Assembly: GCA_965205025.1 (NCBI GenBank)
Contig: CBDBFU010000014.1
Coordinates: 196,041 to 260,040, forward strand
DNA: 64,000 nucleotides
Reading direction: 5' to 3'
DNA from: Candidatus Poribacteria bacterium
Lineage (GTDB): Bacteria; Poribacteria; WGA-4E; WGA-3G
In this document: piece after piece, positions 17,758-27,743 of the stretch
Layout: each line of letters begins with the position of its first letter
Position numbering within the stretch: the first letter of the stretch is position 1
The notes under the pieces: generated by a model
What the model saw: only the letters and a program-made list of their open reading frames with translations
Databases searched by the model: none
Told to the model about the DNA's origin: nothing
Program-made: the position numbers and the translations under genes

Positions 17758-20022
17758 TTAATCTATCGGGTCTGGACCGAGTACTCTTAATGTAAGATCT
17801 TTTTCTGCAATTGTTTTATTTTTACTATCAACCAATGTAATATTCAATTTATTACTTGATGTAACAGCTCTCGTATTAGATGTGATTTTTATATTTATAG
17901 TTTCATTCTTATTCTTGGTTATATTGAATCTATTATTGGGAATAGTAAATTGTAATCCTTTTATGGAATTAGGAGATATCCTCAAACTGATGTTTCTTGC
18001 TGTACTTCCACTATTTGCTATTTTTAGATTTAAACTATAATCCTGTCCAGAAAAGATTTGATTAGATGGTTTCCCATATCTATTTAGCAATGTAGTTTCA
18101 ATTGAAAGTTTGGGCTGAATTTGATTTTTAGAAGTTTTTCTGTTAGAACTAGTATTTGTATCTGAACTGTCCTTATTATGAACTGTCTGATTACTTTGAT
18201 TTTTTCCATCCGTTTGTTTACGATTTGAATCGAAGATATCAAAGAAAGTAAATACATCATACCGATATGCAATAAACAATCCAGCAAAAACTACTAAGAC
18301 TATAGAAGCATACAAAAGTACTTTCTTTCTCTTTTTGTCATTCTTTTCAACCTTTTGAATAAACTTTATCGTCTGAATGATATCCTGCGATGGTTTATGA
18401 TTAGGGTTAAGTGCTAATGCCTTTTCTGCTGCAAGTTTGGCATTAGTATAATCACCCATGGCAAGATAGGTGTCACCTAAACGAGAATGACCATCAATAT
18501 GGTTGGGATCAGTCTGAATAACCTTTTGGAATGAATCAACAGCTTGATCATATTGTTTTATATTTAGAAACACTAAACCCCGTTCCAATTCCTTATCTAT
18601 ATCAATATCTTCTTGAGGTACAATCTCATTTTTAACCTCTTCACCATCAGAATCTTCTGAACGTTCAACCTCTATCTCAGACAACAATTGTTTTGCGTCA
18701 GGTGAATTTTGATCAATCCGTAATACCTCTTGGACTGAACTTTCCGCTTCATCTAATTGCTGGTTCTGAAAGTATGCTTTTGCCAAACCAAGATGAGCAT
18801 CAGCATAATCAGATTTAAGATCTAAAGCATTCTGAAATTCGCTTATAGATTCGTCTATCTTACCGGCATCAAGGTATGCCATTCCAGTTGCATAATGTGC
18901 TTCATGTCTTGGTTGAGTTGTAGTTGTTGAATCTGTAGTTTTTGGTGTAGCATTTTGAGTTTCATCTGTAGTATCGTTAGAATCAGCTTTATATGTAGGA
19001 TCTATTGCTTCTAAAAGTGTCTTAGCAGGTTGATAATTTGGATCAATTGATAATGAATCTTTTGCAGCATTTCTTGCATTGTCAAGTTCACCTAAACCAA
19101 GGAATGTGAGTGCAAGACTATGATGTGCTTCCTTATTCCTTGGATCAAGTGATATAGTTTTTTGCAGATTATCTAATGCTCTAGGATAGCTCTCCAATTT
19201 CAAATGTGCTACTGCCAGATTATATTGTGCAGCAGTATAACCTGGATCAAGGGTAATGACATTCTGGAGTGAGGCTATTGCATCACTATAACGTTCATCT
19301 TTGAGAAATGTGATTCCATTGTTGTAATGTGTTTGTTTAATTGATTCTACAAGAGCATGAATTGGTTGGAATTTAGGATCAAGTCGAAGAGTCTCTATAG
19401 CAGCATTCGTTGCAGCTTCTAAATTCCCTAACTCTCTATGGGCACGAGCAAGGTAGTAGTGTGTTTCTATTTGATTAGGATTTCTAACGATTGCGTCATC
19501 AAGGTATTGAATGGCATCTTGATATTGTTTTATTTCAACAAAAGCATTTCCTATGAGATAATAGACATCGTCATAACTATTGTTAGATGAAATAGAGCTT
19601 TTTAATGAGTCAACTGCTTTCTCATAGTCCTTAAGACCCAGATAAGATCGACCAAGGTTATAATTCGTATCTTTATAATCAGAATCAAGTATTATAACTT
19701 TTTCAAATGTAGTGACTGCATCCTGATAGTTTTTACCTTCTAATAATGTAATACCATTTTCGTAATGTGTGGTTTTTATTGTTTCACTTATGTCTTTCAC
19801 TGAAGGATAATCAGGATTCAGTTTTAAAGCAGCAAGAATAGAGAGTTCGGCTTTGTACAGATCATTTAACTCCAAATAGGCGCGACCGAGTCCACAGTGA
19901 GCATCAATATAATCAGGATCCACTTGAATCACTGCTTCGAATTCTGGAATAGCCTCTTTATACTGTTGATCATTTAGATATGCGATGCCGAGATTGTAGC
20001 GTGCTTCTTTTATGGCATTCAT
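17758..20022 (-). CDS. TPR-repeat protein with a central TM helix and an Asn/Thr-rich C-terminal beta-domain
   Basis: 754 aa; about 12 TPR units ('YNLGIAYL...', 'GLGRAYLEL'); TM 'VLLYASIVLVVFAGLFIAY' near aa 560; the C-terminal 170 aa is a low-complexity N/T/S-rich domain. Confidence 0.6.
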   Translation of the reverse strand: MNAIKEARYNLGIAYLNDQQYKEAIPEFEAVIQVDPDYIDAHCGLGRAYLELNDLYKAELSILAALKLNPDYPSVKDISETIKTTHYENGITLLEGKNYQDAVTTFEKVIILDSDYKDTNYNLGRSYLGLKDYEKAVDSLKSSISSNNSYDDVYYLIGNAFVEIKQYQDAIQYLDDAIVRNPNQIETHYYLARAHRELGNLEAATNAAIETLRLDPKFQPIHALVESIKQTHYNNGITFLKDERYSDAIASLQNVITLDPGYTAAQYNLAVAHLKLESYPRALDNLQKTISLDPRNKEAHHSLALTFLGLGELDNARNAAKDSLSIDPNYQPAKTLLEAIDPTYKADSNDTTDETQNATPKTTDSTTTTQPRHEAHYATGMAYLDAGKIDESISEFQNALDLKSDYADAHLGLAKAYFQNQQLDEAESSVQEVLRIDQNSPDAKQLLSEIEVERSEDSDGEEVKNEIVPQEDIDIDKELERGLVFLNIKQYDQAVDSFQKVIQTDPNHIDGHSRLGDTYLAMGDYTNAKLAAEKALALNPNHKPSQDIIQTIKFIQKVEKNDKKRKKVLLYASIVLVVFAGLFIAYRYDVFTFFDIFDSNRKQTDGKNQSNQTVHNKDSSDTNTSSNRKTSKNQIQPKLSIETTLLNRYGKPSNQIFSGQDYSLNLKIANSGSTARNISLRISPNSIKGLQFTIPNNRFNITKNKNETINIKITSNTRAVTSSNKLNITLVDSKNKTIAEKDLTLRVLGPDPID

Positions 20023-20195
20023 TGTCTCGTTGAAATAGAGAAGAATCAGACAGAGTATATTTTGAACATTTTATTACAATATATGTAAATTATCAAGAAT
20101 GAAATCTAAAAGATGGCAATTATCTTGAAATGTAAAGTTGTTTTTGATAAACTTCCAATTTAGTAGACAAACTTTCTCATAAACGAGGTAAGAAA

Positions 20196-21248
20196 ATGGC
20201 AGAAAAAACATATCGTGTTGGAATTATCGGTTGTGGTGGTATGGGTAGATCACATACCGGTAATTGGAGAGGTACAGGTCGTGCAGAAGTTGTAACTGCA
20301 TCCGATATCAATGAAGAATCCGCAAAGAAATTCGCTGAAGACCAATCACTATCCTCATACTACACAGATTTTGAAGAAATGTGTGAAAAAGAGGAACTTG
20401 ATATCGTAAGTATCACTACTTGGCAAAGTGTCCGAGCAGAACCAACTATCGCTGCAGCAGAAAACGGTGTCGTCGGTGTTATTACGGAGAAACCGATGGC
20501 TGCTTCTGTTGGTGATGCACAAGATATGATGGATGCTTGTGAAAAGAATGGTACCAAACTGGTGGTTGGACACCAACGACGTTTCAGTCCACAAAATTGT
20601 GAAGCACGGAGACTAATCCAGGAAGGTGCTATTGGTCAACCGCAAGCGATGTTACGTCGGGATGGTCATGGTTTGCTAAATCGCGGAACACATGAAATTG
20701 ACGAGATGCGATATATTCTTGGTGATCCTGAACCTCAATGGCTTATTGCTCAAGTTGCACGAAAAACAGATCGTTGGGAACGTCGTGTAAGAACTGAAGA
20801 CCTTTGTATGGCGGAAATCTGCTTTGAAGGCGGTATACGTGGTGTTTATGAAAGTGATTTACCCGGTCCTGGACTCCGGGGTGATGCGGTTTATGGAGAT
20901 GATGGACAACTCCGCCGCGGAGAGAATGGAACGATAGAACTTCTGAATAGTAAAGCAGCAGGATGGCAAACAATCGAACCACGTCAAGGTGAACCGAACC
21001 AATTTACCGAAATGTTAGCGTGGATTGAAGGAGAAGTCGATGAGCATCGGAATGCTGGTAGACACGGTTTTTGTACAATCGAAATTCTGATGGCCTTCTA
21101 CGAATCTTTACGACTACAAGATGTTGTGACATTTCCAATGGAAACGCGGCCAAACCCACTTGATTTGTTGGTTGAAGGTGGAAAATTACCTGTTCATGTT
21201 GAAGGACGGTACGATATTCGTGCCCCGTTTCCTGAAGAGAACAAGTAA
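20196..21248 (+). CDS. Gfo/Idh/MocA-family NAD(P)-dependent oxidoreductase
   Basis: 'YRVGIIGCGGMGRSH' Rossmann N-terminus; 350 aa. Confidence 0.75.
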   Translation: MAEKTYRVGIIGCGGMGRSHTGNWRGTGRAEVVTASDINEESAKKFAEDQSLSSYYTDFEEMCEKEELDIVSITTWQSVRAEPTIAAAENGVVGVITEKPMAASVGDAQDMMDACEKNGTKLVVGHQRRFSPQNCEARRLIQEGAIGQPQAMLRRDGHGLLNRGTHEIDEMRYILGDPEPQWLIAQVARKTDRWERRVRTEDLCMAEICFEGGIRGVYESDLPGPGLRGDAVYGDDGQLRRGENGTIELLNSKAAGWQTIEPRQGEPNQFTEMLAWIEGEVDEHRNAGRHGFCTIEILMAFYESLRLQDVVTFPMETRPNPLDLLVEGGKLPVHVEGRYDIRAPFPEENK

Positions 21249-21287
21249 ACCTATCCTAACGGAACATACCAATACATACAATTTAGT

Positions 21288-21314
21288 AAAGGACGGTAAC
21301 CACCGTCCTTTTTC
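21288..21314. terminator. bidirectional rho-independent terminator
   Basis: AAAGGACGGTAACCACCGTCCTTTTT: 8-9 bp GC-containing stem, 4-nt loop, T-run. Confidence 0.65.
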
Positions 21315-21315
21315 A

Positions 21316-22191
21316 TTAACAATCTACATCTTTTCCATCACTACCATATACACCCATTCTATCCTGTGTAGATATCTCTTCAGAACTTGCAGGTTTATAA
21401 TGTAATTGTAGTGCTCTTCTACGTTTTGGAGTTTGATTTGCGGGACTTCCATGATGTGTTAATCCGTGCCAAAACAGACAGCCACCTGGTTGAAGTGGCA
21501 CAACTGTATCGCGAGCAACAGGAACATCAGTATCACAGATTTGCCAATCCCTTCGTTTGAAATGGATCATTGGACCTTCAATATGTGAACCGGGTATGAT
21601 GTGCATACAACCGTTTTCTGCTGTGGCTTCATCTAAGGCAATCCAAACACCAACAACAATTGTGCTTCTCTGAAGATTGAAGTATGCCAAATCTTGATGC
21701 CACGGTTTTTCTGATCCGAAAATAGGGGGTTTTACTAATGCCATATCTTGGAACAATACAGGTGTATCATCCATAATTCGTTGTAAAATACCGAGTAATC
21801 CTTGATGGTCAGCAATAGCATTCAGCCGAGGTTCGTGACTAACATAGTTGAATATTTTCCGAATAGCATCACGACGTTCGTCAGGATTCATCTCATCCTT
21901 AGCCTTTACAAGTTTAGGTTCAAATTGGATTGCTTTAAAGTCAGGATTGTTCCCATCCATCAGATATACCATACCTTCTAAAGCGGATTTTATTTCCTCC
22001 TGTGAAAAACCATCTTCAATTACAAGATATCCATGTTGATGAAAGTAGGCAATATCATCGTCTGTTACAGAGGAAAATCCACCTGTAATACTGTGAGCAA
22101 TAGTATCGAATCGGTATAGCTCCTCAGGATATGGTATAGGTGGGACAGTAGGATCGGTGTTTTGTGGATTAGTTGATGAATGTTGATTCAT
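21316..22191 (-). CDS. phytanoyl-CoA dioxygenase (PhyH)-family Fe(II)/2OG oxygenase
   Basis: 'FHQHGYLVIED', 'PWHQDLAYF' (HxD), 'IIPGSH'; 291 aa. Confidence 0.6.
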   Translation of the reverse strand: MNQHSSTNPQNTDPTVPPIPYPEELYRFDTIAHSITGGFSSVTDDDIAYFHQHGYLVIEDGFSQEEIKSALEGMVYLMDGNNPDFKAIQFEPKLVKAKDEMNPDERRDAIRKIFNYVSHEPRLNAIADHQGLLGILQRIMDDTPVLFQDMALVKPPIFGSEKPWHQDLAYFNLQRSTIVVGVWIALDEATAENGCMHIIPGSHIEGPMIHFKRRDWQICDTDVPVARDTVVPLQPGGCLFWHGLTHHGSPANQTPKRRRALQLHYKPASSEEISTQDRMGVYGSDGKDVDC

Positions 22192-22202
22192 AATAATACT
22201 CC

Positions 22203-23216
22203 TTAGATTTCACCACGACTTTCTTGGGCAAGTAAAGTCAAGAAGTGCTTAACGCGATTAACAGAATCTTGTGCACGTTCACGGGATGAAGAATCTCTTT
22301 CCTCATCTTCTACCCATCTTTGACGTTCTGGTAACCACTCCTCCTGTAGATATTGTAGTTGATTTTGAAAATGTGGATCCTCAGTTTCACTAACAAAATA
22401 CTCAATTATACCAAGTAAACCGTATTTGCGATTGATCTCCATATCATCTAATTCATTCACCATCTGAGTGAATAAATGTTGATTACGATCTTGTCTTGCT
22501 TGAGCAACTTCCCGCGCAGATTCGGTCAATAGATTGTCAACAAACTCCTGTTTGGAATTAATCCATCTGGGTAAATTTCTGACGTACTCTTCTAAATCCC
22601 AACTTCCACGTTGAAGTGCGAAGTATGCGTGAATATGGATGTTTCTGAAGAAACCTGTATAACCGACATTCGGATCCATAGTATCTGCATCATAAAGAAT
22701 TTGGTTCTCAATGTTTCCATAGAGGAGTTTGAAATTTTCTGCTGTAAGGTTCATCGGTTTAAGATGTGCTAACACTACAGCCGTCGCGGCTTCAACAAAT
22801 TCCTGTTCAAAGTCGTACATTTGTAGGATATTTTCAGTGATAACAGCACCCGATTCGTGATGAACTTTTCCATGAAGATTGTGCTTCTTGTATAGATCGG
22901 TAACTACATTCTGTCCTGCGGGTGTTAGCGTTTCATTAAGCCAGAAACCGTTGTGGTCGAGAATCCTTTTGCCATTGTCATCTGTAAGTATGACACCGTC
23001 ATAACGTTTTGTAATGTCGTGTAAAGTTCCTGCGATTTCCAATAGTTTTACATTACCATTTTCACGTCTTCCAAGTTCCATACTCATTGCTCGGACACGC
23101 ATAGTGTGGTTCCAGGTATAATGTCGCCATTGAAACCCTACTCGGTTGTGTTCCCAAAGATTAAATGTGTCATTGACCAGTGTTTCCAATTCACTCAAGA
23201 CTTGGTCGTAATTCAT
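22203..23216 (-). CDS. HD-domain metal-dependent phosphohydrolase
   Basis: 'HTMRV...AGTLHDITK' (H...HD) and downstream His/Asp residues; 337 aa. Confidence 0.5.
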   Translation of the reverse strand: MNYDQVLSELETLVNDTFNLWEHNRVGFQWRHYTWNHTMRVRAMSMELGRRENGNVKLLEIAGTLHDITKRYDGVILTDDNGKRILDHNGFWLNETLTPAGQNVVTDLYKKHNLHGKVHHESGAVITENILQMYDFEQEFVEAATAVVLAHLKPMNLTAENFKLLYGNIENQILYDADTMDPNVGYTGFFRNIHIHAYFALQRGSWDLEEYVRNLPRWINSKQEFVDNLLTESAREVAQARQDRNQHLFTQMVNELDDMEINRKYGLLGIIEYFVSETEDPHFQNQLQYLQEEWLPERQRWVEDEERDSSSRERAQDSVNRVKHFLTLLAQESRGEI

Positions 23217-23232
23217 AAAAACCTCGTTTCAT

Positions 23233-23988
23233 TTATTCACTATACTTAACTTTGACAAGTGATAAACCGTTCGCGGGAACTGATGGTCCAGCTTTAGATC
23301 TATCTCTTGCATCTACAATACTTTGGAATTGCGTGGTTGCATCTGTGATATTAAATTTTGGATCTTTTATACACTTTAAAATTGTTCCAACTATAGCTCG
23401 TACCATACCTCTTAAGAATGAATCCGCTTCAAATTCAAAAAAGATTAAATCCTCTCTTGTATGACAAAATGCTTTGAAAATATCACAGACAGGATTGCTT
23501 CTATCACTACCCGTTTTTTGAAAGGAAGAGAAATCGTGTTTACCTATTAAACATTTACATATTTCATTAGCGATTTCAATGTTTATGTTCGTAGAAAGAT
23601 GATGGCACGTTCTGTGTATGAGTGCAGAAGGAAATGATCTATTTAGTATTGTATACCTATAATACCTACTTATTGCACTAAACCTCGCATGAAATTCTGT
23701 ATCCACTTCAGTTGCATCAATCACAACGACGTCAGAAGGAAGAAAGGTATTTGTACCTGATTGGAAGGCTGCAATTGGAATTGACGAATTTGTCTGAAAG
23801 TTAGCAACTTGACCCTCTGCATGTACACCCGTATCTGTTCTTCCTGCTCCTATAATCTGTATTGACGAATTTGTCAATTGTCTGATTGCATCTTCAACAA
23901 CACCCTGAACTGTAGGTAGATTGGGTTGTATCTGCCACCCATGGTAATTAGTTCCATCATATTCGAGGACCAGTTTAATATTTCGCAT
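23233..23988 (-). CDS. truA: tRNA pseudouridine(38-40) synthase
   Basis: 'MRNIKLVLEYDGTNYHGWQIQ' and 'GAGRTDTGVHA' (catalytic Asp), the classic TruA N-terminus. Confidence 0.9.
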   Translation of the reverse strand: MRNIKLVLEYDGTNYHGWQIQPNLPTVQGVVEDAIRQLTNSSIQIIGAGRTDTGVHAEGQVANFQTNSSIPIAAFQSGTNTFLPSDVVVIDATEVDTEFHARFSAISRYYRYTILNRSFPSALIHRTCHHLSTNINIEIANEICKCLIGKHDFSSFQKTGSDRSNPVCDIFKAFCHTREDLIFFEFEADSFLRGMVRAIVGTILKCIKDPKFNITDATTQFQSIVDARDRSKAGPSVPANGLSLVKVKYSE

Positions 23989-24121
23989 TTTCTTACATAA
24001 AAGGTCTAAACCTAAACTGTATACAAAATATCATACCATTCTATAGGTGTCAATATGAATTATAGTTTTGAAATATGGTGCATGCAATCATTGTATATGA
24101 TACGATACTAATAGAATTTAA

Positions 24122-25231
24122 ATGAGAGGTAATTTAATAATGAGCCGTGTACGAATAGGTGTTATTGGTAGTGGTGCAATTGCGCAGGTACACCATTTGC
24201 CGAATCTTGCCCAGTTACATAGAGAATTTGAAGTACCCATAATTTGTGACTTATCTGAAAAGACTGTAGAAGCAGCTGCGAAGAGATTTAAAATTCCTGA
24301 ATATGTTACAGATTACCGTAAAATCTTAGATTCAAAGGTTGATGCTGTCTTATTATGTCATGGTGATCCAAAGACAGAAGTTGCTCTTGCTGCATTTGAA
24401 GCAGGAAAACATGTCTTCATTGAGAAACCTGTCTGTTTTTCATTACAAGAAATAGATGCCATGATTGCTGCTCAGAAAAAGGCTAACAAAATAGGACAGG
24501 CAGGTTATATGAAGGTACACGATCCTGCTTTTCAATATGCAAAAACTGAAGTTGATTCAATGGAGAGTTATCGGTTTGTACAAATTAACCATCTACATCC
24601 AAACAACAGATTACATCTGAGTCAATTTGACGTGGAAAGATATGATGACATTCCTGAAAATGCTTTTGAACCTGCACATACTGCTCGCAGACAGGCTGTA
24701 GCAGAAGCAATTGGTGATGTCTCACCAGAAGCAGAACGCGCGTTCTTCTTACTATCAGGAAGTATGATTCATGACCTATACAGTATGCGAGTGATGTTGG
24801 GATCACCATCTGAGGTAGTGAGTGCCGAAGTATGGTCAAATGGACAAGGTGTGAGTATCGTATTTGGATTTCCAAACGGTGCGCGTTGTATTGCTACCTG
24901 GGTTGATTTACCGGATCTGTGGGATTTCAAAGAAACATTAGAGATCTATGGTGATAATAAAAGGGTTGTTGTCTCCTATCCTACAGGATTTTCACGAGGT
25001 ATACTTTCTGAAGTGAATATACACGGAATTGATGCAGTAGGCACAACATATAGTAAAACTCCAGCGATTGAGTGGGAAAGTGCTTTTGTACGCGAATTAC
25101 GCCATTTTCATGCTTGTATTACCGAAGGTGTAGAATGCTATACTTCGATTGAATCTGCACGGAAGGATATTGAATTAATTATTAGTATTGTTAGGTGTTT
25201 TGTTGATAGATCTCCTATAACATGCAATTAA
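24122..25231 (+). CDS. Gfo/Idh/MocA-family oxidoreductase
   Basis: 'RIGVIGSGAIAQVHHLPNL', 'EKP' motif ('FIEKPV'); 369 aa. Confidence 0.7.
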   Translation: MRGNLIMSRVRIGVIGSGAIAQVHHLPNLAQLHREFEVPIICDLSEKTVEAAAKRFKIPEYVTDYRKILDSKVDAVLLCHGDPKTEVALAAFEAGKHVFIEKPVCFSLQEIDAMIAAQKKANKIGQAGYMKVHDPAFQYAKTEVDSMESYRFVQINHLHPNNRLHLSQFDVERYDDIPENAFEPAHTARRQAVAEAIGDVSPEAERAFFLLSGSMIHDLYSMRVMLGSPSEVVSAEVWSNGQGVSIVFGFPNGARCIATWVDLPDLWDFKETLEIYGDNKRVVVSYPTGFSRGILSEVNIHGIDAVGTTYSKTPAIEWESAFVRELRHFHACITEGVECYTSIESARKDIELIISIVRCFVDRSPITCN

Positions 25232-25236
25232 AAATG

Positions 25237-25274
25237 AAAGGGTGGACAATTCTGTTAAATTGTCCACCCTTTGT
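25237..25274. terminator. bidirectional rho-independent terminator (15-bp stem)
   Basis: AAAGGGTGGACAATT-CTGTTAA-AATTGTCCACCCTTT between convergent genes. Confidence 0.7.
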
Positions 25275-25287
25275 TGAAGATAGAGTA

Positions 25288-27390
25288 TTATTCTTCAATT
25301 ACTTCATCATCTATTGCCGGTTCAATTACTTCGTCATCTATTATTGGTTCAATGGGTTGAACTTCGACTTCAATTTCTGTGTCTCCAGTCACAATAAACC
25401 TATTTACGATGAATGGCAGACCAGTAATTGGTACTGGTAATGGTTCCTCAATTTCTTCCTGTAGTTCACCATCGTCAGGTAGTTCACCGTCTTCAGGTAG
25501 TTCACTGTCATCTGGCATTTCACCATCGTCAGGTAGTTCACCGTCTTCAGGTAGTTCACTGTCATCTGGCATTTCACCGTCCTCTGGGAGTTCACCATTA
25601 TCAGGTAGTTCACTGTCTTCACCTATATCAGGTTCTGGTAGGTTCTCGAACAATGTGGTAAAGAATTGTTCAAAGAAATTTTCAAAAAGTTCTTCGATTT
25701 CTGGATCGAGCATTTCAGGTTCATCCTCTAATGCAGCAAGCGTTACAAGGACTAATCCTTTATCATACTGACCATCTTTGAGTTGATATATCAGTTGATC
25801 TAAACTCTCTGGAGATGGAGCATTCTGTATACCAAAAGGATTGAAACCGAAAGTTGTCGCAGAGGTGACGGCTAAACGAGCTGGACCAGGTATGAAGTTT
25901 TCAGGTATTTGGAGTTTAACTTCTCTATACATCTTCCGATTTCTACCAGCAGCACTCCAATGTGGTAACATCTCAACGACAAAAGTTGCTTCTTCACCCT
26001 GTTTAATTTCACCAACAACATGAATATCAGTTATCTCTGTGTGTAGAATATATGGTATATCTATGAGAGATATCTTGACTTCATCAATGGTTGCTCTTTC
26101 AGCACCATTATAGAGAATATTGGATAATGGTTGAATTATTGATTTCATATTTTCCAATACAGCTTTAAACGGGTCTGGTGCGATTGTTCTGAATGATTCT
26201 GTATAGACAGTATCAGTTTCTTTAAAACTAATTGCGACATTGGCTTCAATTGTACCCGGACTAACTTCCATTCGAATTGAATCCAGTGTTGTAGCAACTA
26301 CAACTGGAATTGCCCATTCTTGACCATATGCTACCTCATGGTTTTTCTGAATAGGTACTTGACTGTTGACGGGTTTATAATACACAGTAACAGGAATCAT
26401 ATCAGGTAATTTACCAAGTTCACCTACAATACCAGGCCTAAGGTCTTTGGTAATTGTACCTATTGGATTCCCATAAGCAGAAGCAGATTTATATGCAATT
26501 TCTGTATTCGGAACTATTCCATCAACTACAGCTCTGTATACAGGGAGTGACACCTTGCCAGCACGAAACATGTCATGACCAAAGGCAACAAAATTCCCAT
26601 CATAAACCTGAGTGACAGTTCCAAAACCTATACTGTTTACAACATCACCGGTTGCGATTGCAACACCAATCATGTCACCCGCAGAAAGTTGTAATGTCGC
26701 ATTTGCTGGTGGGGCAACAGGAGCACCGCCTATCCTTGAGAAAAATTGCACAGAATCAAAATGTGTACCGCTAAGATGATCCGAAAGTTGTTGTAACCTG
26801 TTGTTGTCAACACCAGAGATTGTAACTGGAGTCTTCACTTTGGTAAAGGTCGCTTTTATTCCACCGCCTGGAGCAGCAGGTGGATTCAAAATATCACCAA
26901 AGGTTGTATGGTTAATGGTCGCTTCCATAGCTTCAATTGGTGTAACCAAAAATCTATATGGAGCTTTAGCCCAGGCGTCCCCATAAGCAAGAGCACCGAA
27001 CACTCTTCCTGGAGGTCCAACTGGACTACCCGACATACCTTGTGCAACTCCTCCCATTGCTGTCACTGCTTCGTCGGTAAGAACACATTCATAGAGTGGA
27101 AATCCAAATCCAGAAGGTTGAATTCTACGAAATTCAGCTTCAAAAGCTACTTTACTCGTTCCTTCAATGGCAGTAATTACTTCTATACGGGTCTTAGTTG
27201 CAAGTTTACTGACTTCAGCTTCATACATCGGTTCAAGCACTACTTCTCCAACCAAAGGTGCTCCATTAAATACATTTGATACATCAGCAATAGTTGGATT
27301 TTGAACTTCAGGTTGTTCTTCATCCTGAGAACAACCGAATTGTATTATAATTGCTAATGTAATAAAAGCTATAACAAAATATCGTTTCAT
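25288..27390 (-). CDS. lipoprotein with a putative SpoIVB-type (peptidase S55-like) serine-protease motif and a C-terminal acidic Pro-rich tandem-repeat tail
   Basis: 700 aa; signal plus lipobox-like 'LAIIIQFGC'; 'GMSGSPVG...GALAYG...PIEAM' resembles the SpoIVB 'GMSGSP' catalytic-Ser region (from memory, moderate); C-terminus '(ELPEDGELPDDGEMPDDS)n' then 'IEPIIDDEVIEPAIDDEVIEE'. Confidence 0.5.
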   Translation of the reverse strand: MKRYFVIAFITLAIIIQFGCSQDEEQPEVQNPTIADVSNVFNGAPLVGEVVLEPMYEAEVSKLATKTRIEVITAIEGTSKVAFEAEFRRIQPSGFGFPLYECVLTDEAVTAMGGVAQGMSGSPVGPPGRVFGALAYGDAWAKAPYRFLVTPIEAMEATINHTTFGDILNPPAAPGGGIKATFTKVKTPVTISGVDNNRLQQLSDHLSGTHFDSVQFFSRIGGAPVAPPANATLQLSAGDMIGVAIATGDVVNSIGFGTVTQVYDGNFVAFGHDMFRAGKVSLPVYRAVVDGIVPNTEIAYKSASAYGNPIGTITKDLRPGIVGELGKLPDMIPVTVYYKPVNSQVPIQKNHEVAYGQEWAIPVVVATTLDSIRMEVSPGTIEANVAISFKETDTVYTESFRTIAPDPFKAVLENMKSIIQPLSNILYNGAERATIDEVKISLIDIPYILHTEITDIHVVGEIKQGEEATFVVEMLPHWSAAGRNRKMYREVKLQIPENFIPGPARLAVTSATTFGFNPFGIQNAPSPESLDQLIYQLKDGQYDKGLVLVTLAALEDEPEMLDPEIEELFENFFEQFFTTLFENLPEPDIGEDSELPDNGELPEDGEMPDDSELPEDGELPDDGEMPDDSELPEDGELPDDGELQEEIEEPLPVPITGLPFIVNRFIVTGDTEIEVEVQPIEPIIDDEVIEPAIDDEVIEE
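25455..25630. repeat. in-frame 54-bp tandem repeat (about 3.3 copies) encoding an 18-aa acidic unit ELPEDGELPDDGEMPDDS
   Basis: Plus-strand unit GGCATTTCACCATCGTCAGGTAGTTCACCGTCTTCAGGTAGTTCACTGTCATCT repeats with few substitutions. Confidence 0.8.
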
Positions 27391-27743
27391 TACTTTCCCC
27401 TAATTAAAGTATATGAATAATTGAAATGAATTTCTTAATTAATTCATTATTTCTTTAAAAGTATTGAATTCAATAGTTGACTTTTAATTTGACAGACATA
27501 ATTCATCAAAAAATATAAAATCTTATTAATGAACCTTAATCCGATTCATAGATTAAGAATGGATTTTAAACGATATTATATATCTATGAGATATCTTGTT
27601 ATGTCAAATTAAAGTATTGTTTAAAAACATTACTCTGTAGATATTTCAAGAAATAATCTACAATAACTTAACCTAATTGATGGATACAAAATATTAATCT
27701 AATCAAAATATTAGATAGAATCCATGGTTGAATGCCTATAAAC

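Noticed and set aside
25379-25771. 130-aa Ser-rich ORF (SPSSGSSLSSG repeats) on the plus strand
   Set aside because: It is the reverse-complement shadow of the 54-bp acidic tandem repeat inside the minus-strand lipoprotein gene 25288..27390. It has no independent start context and its repetitive frame is an artefact.
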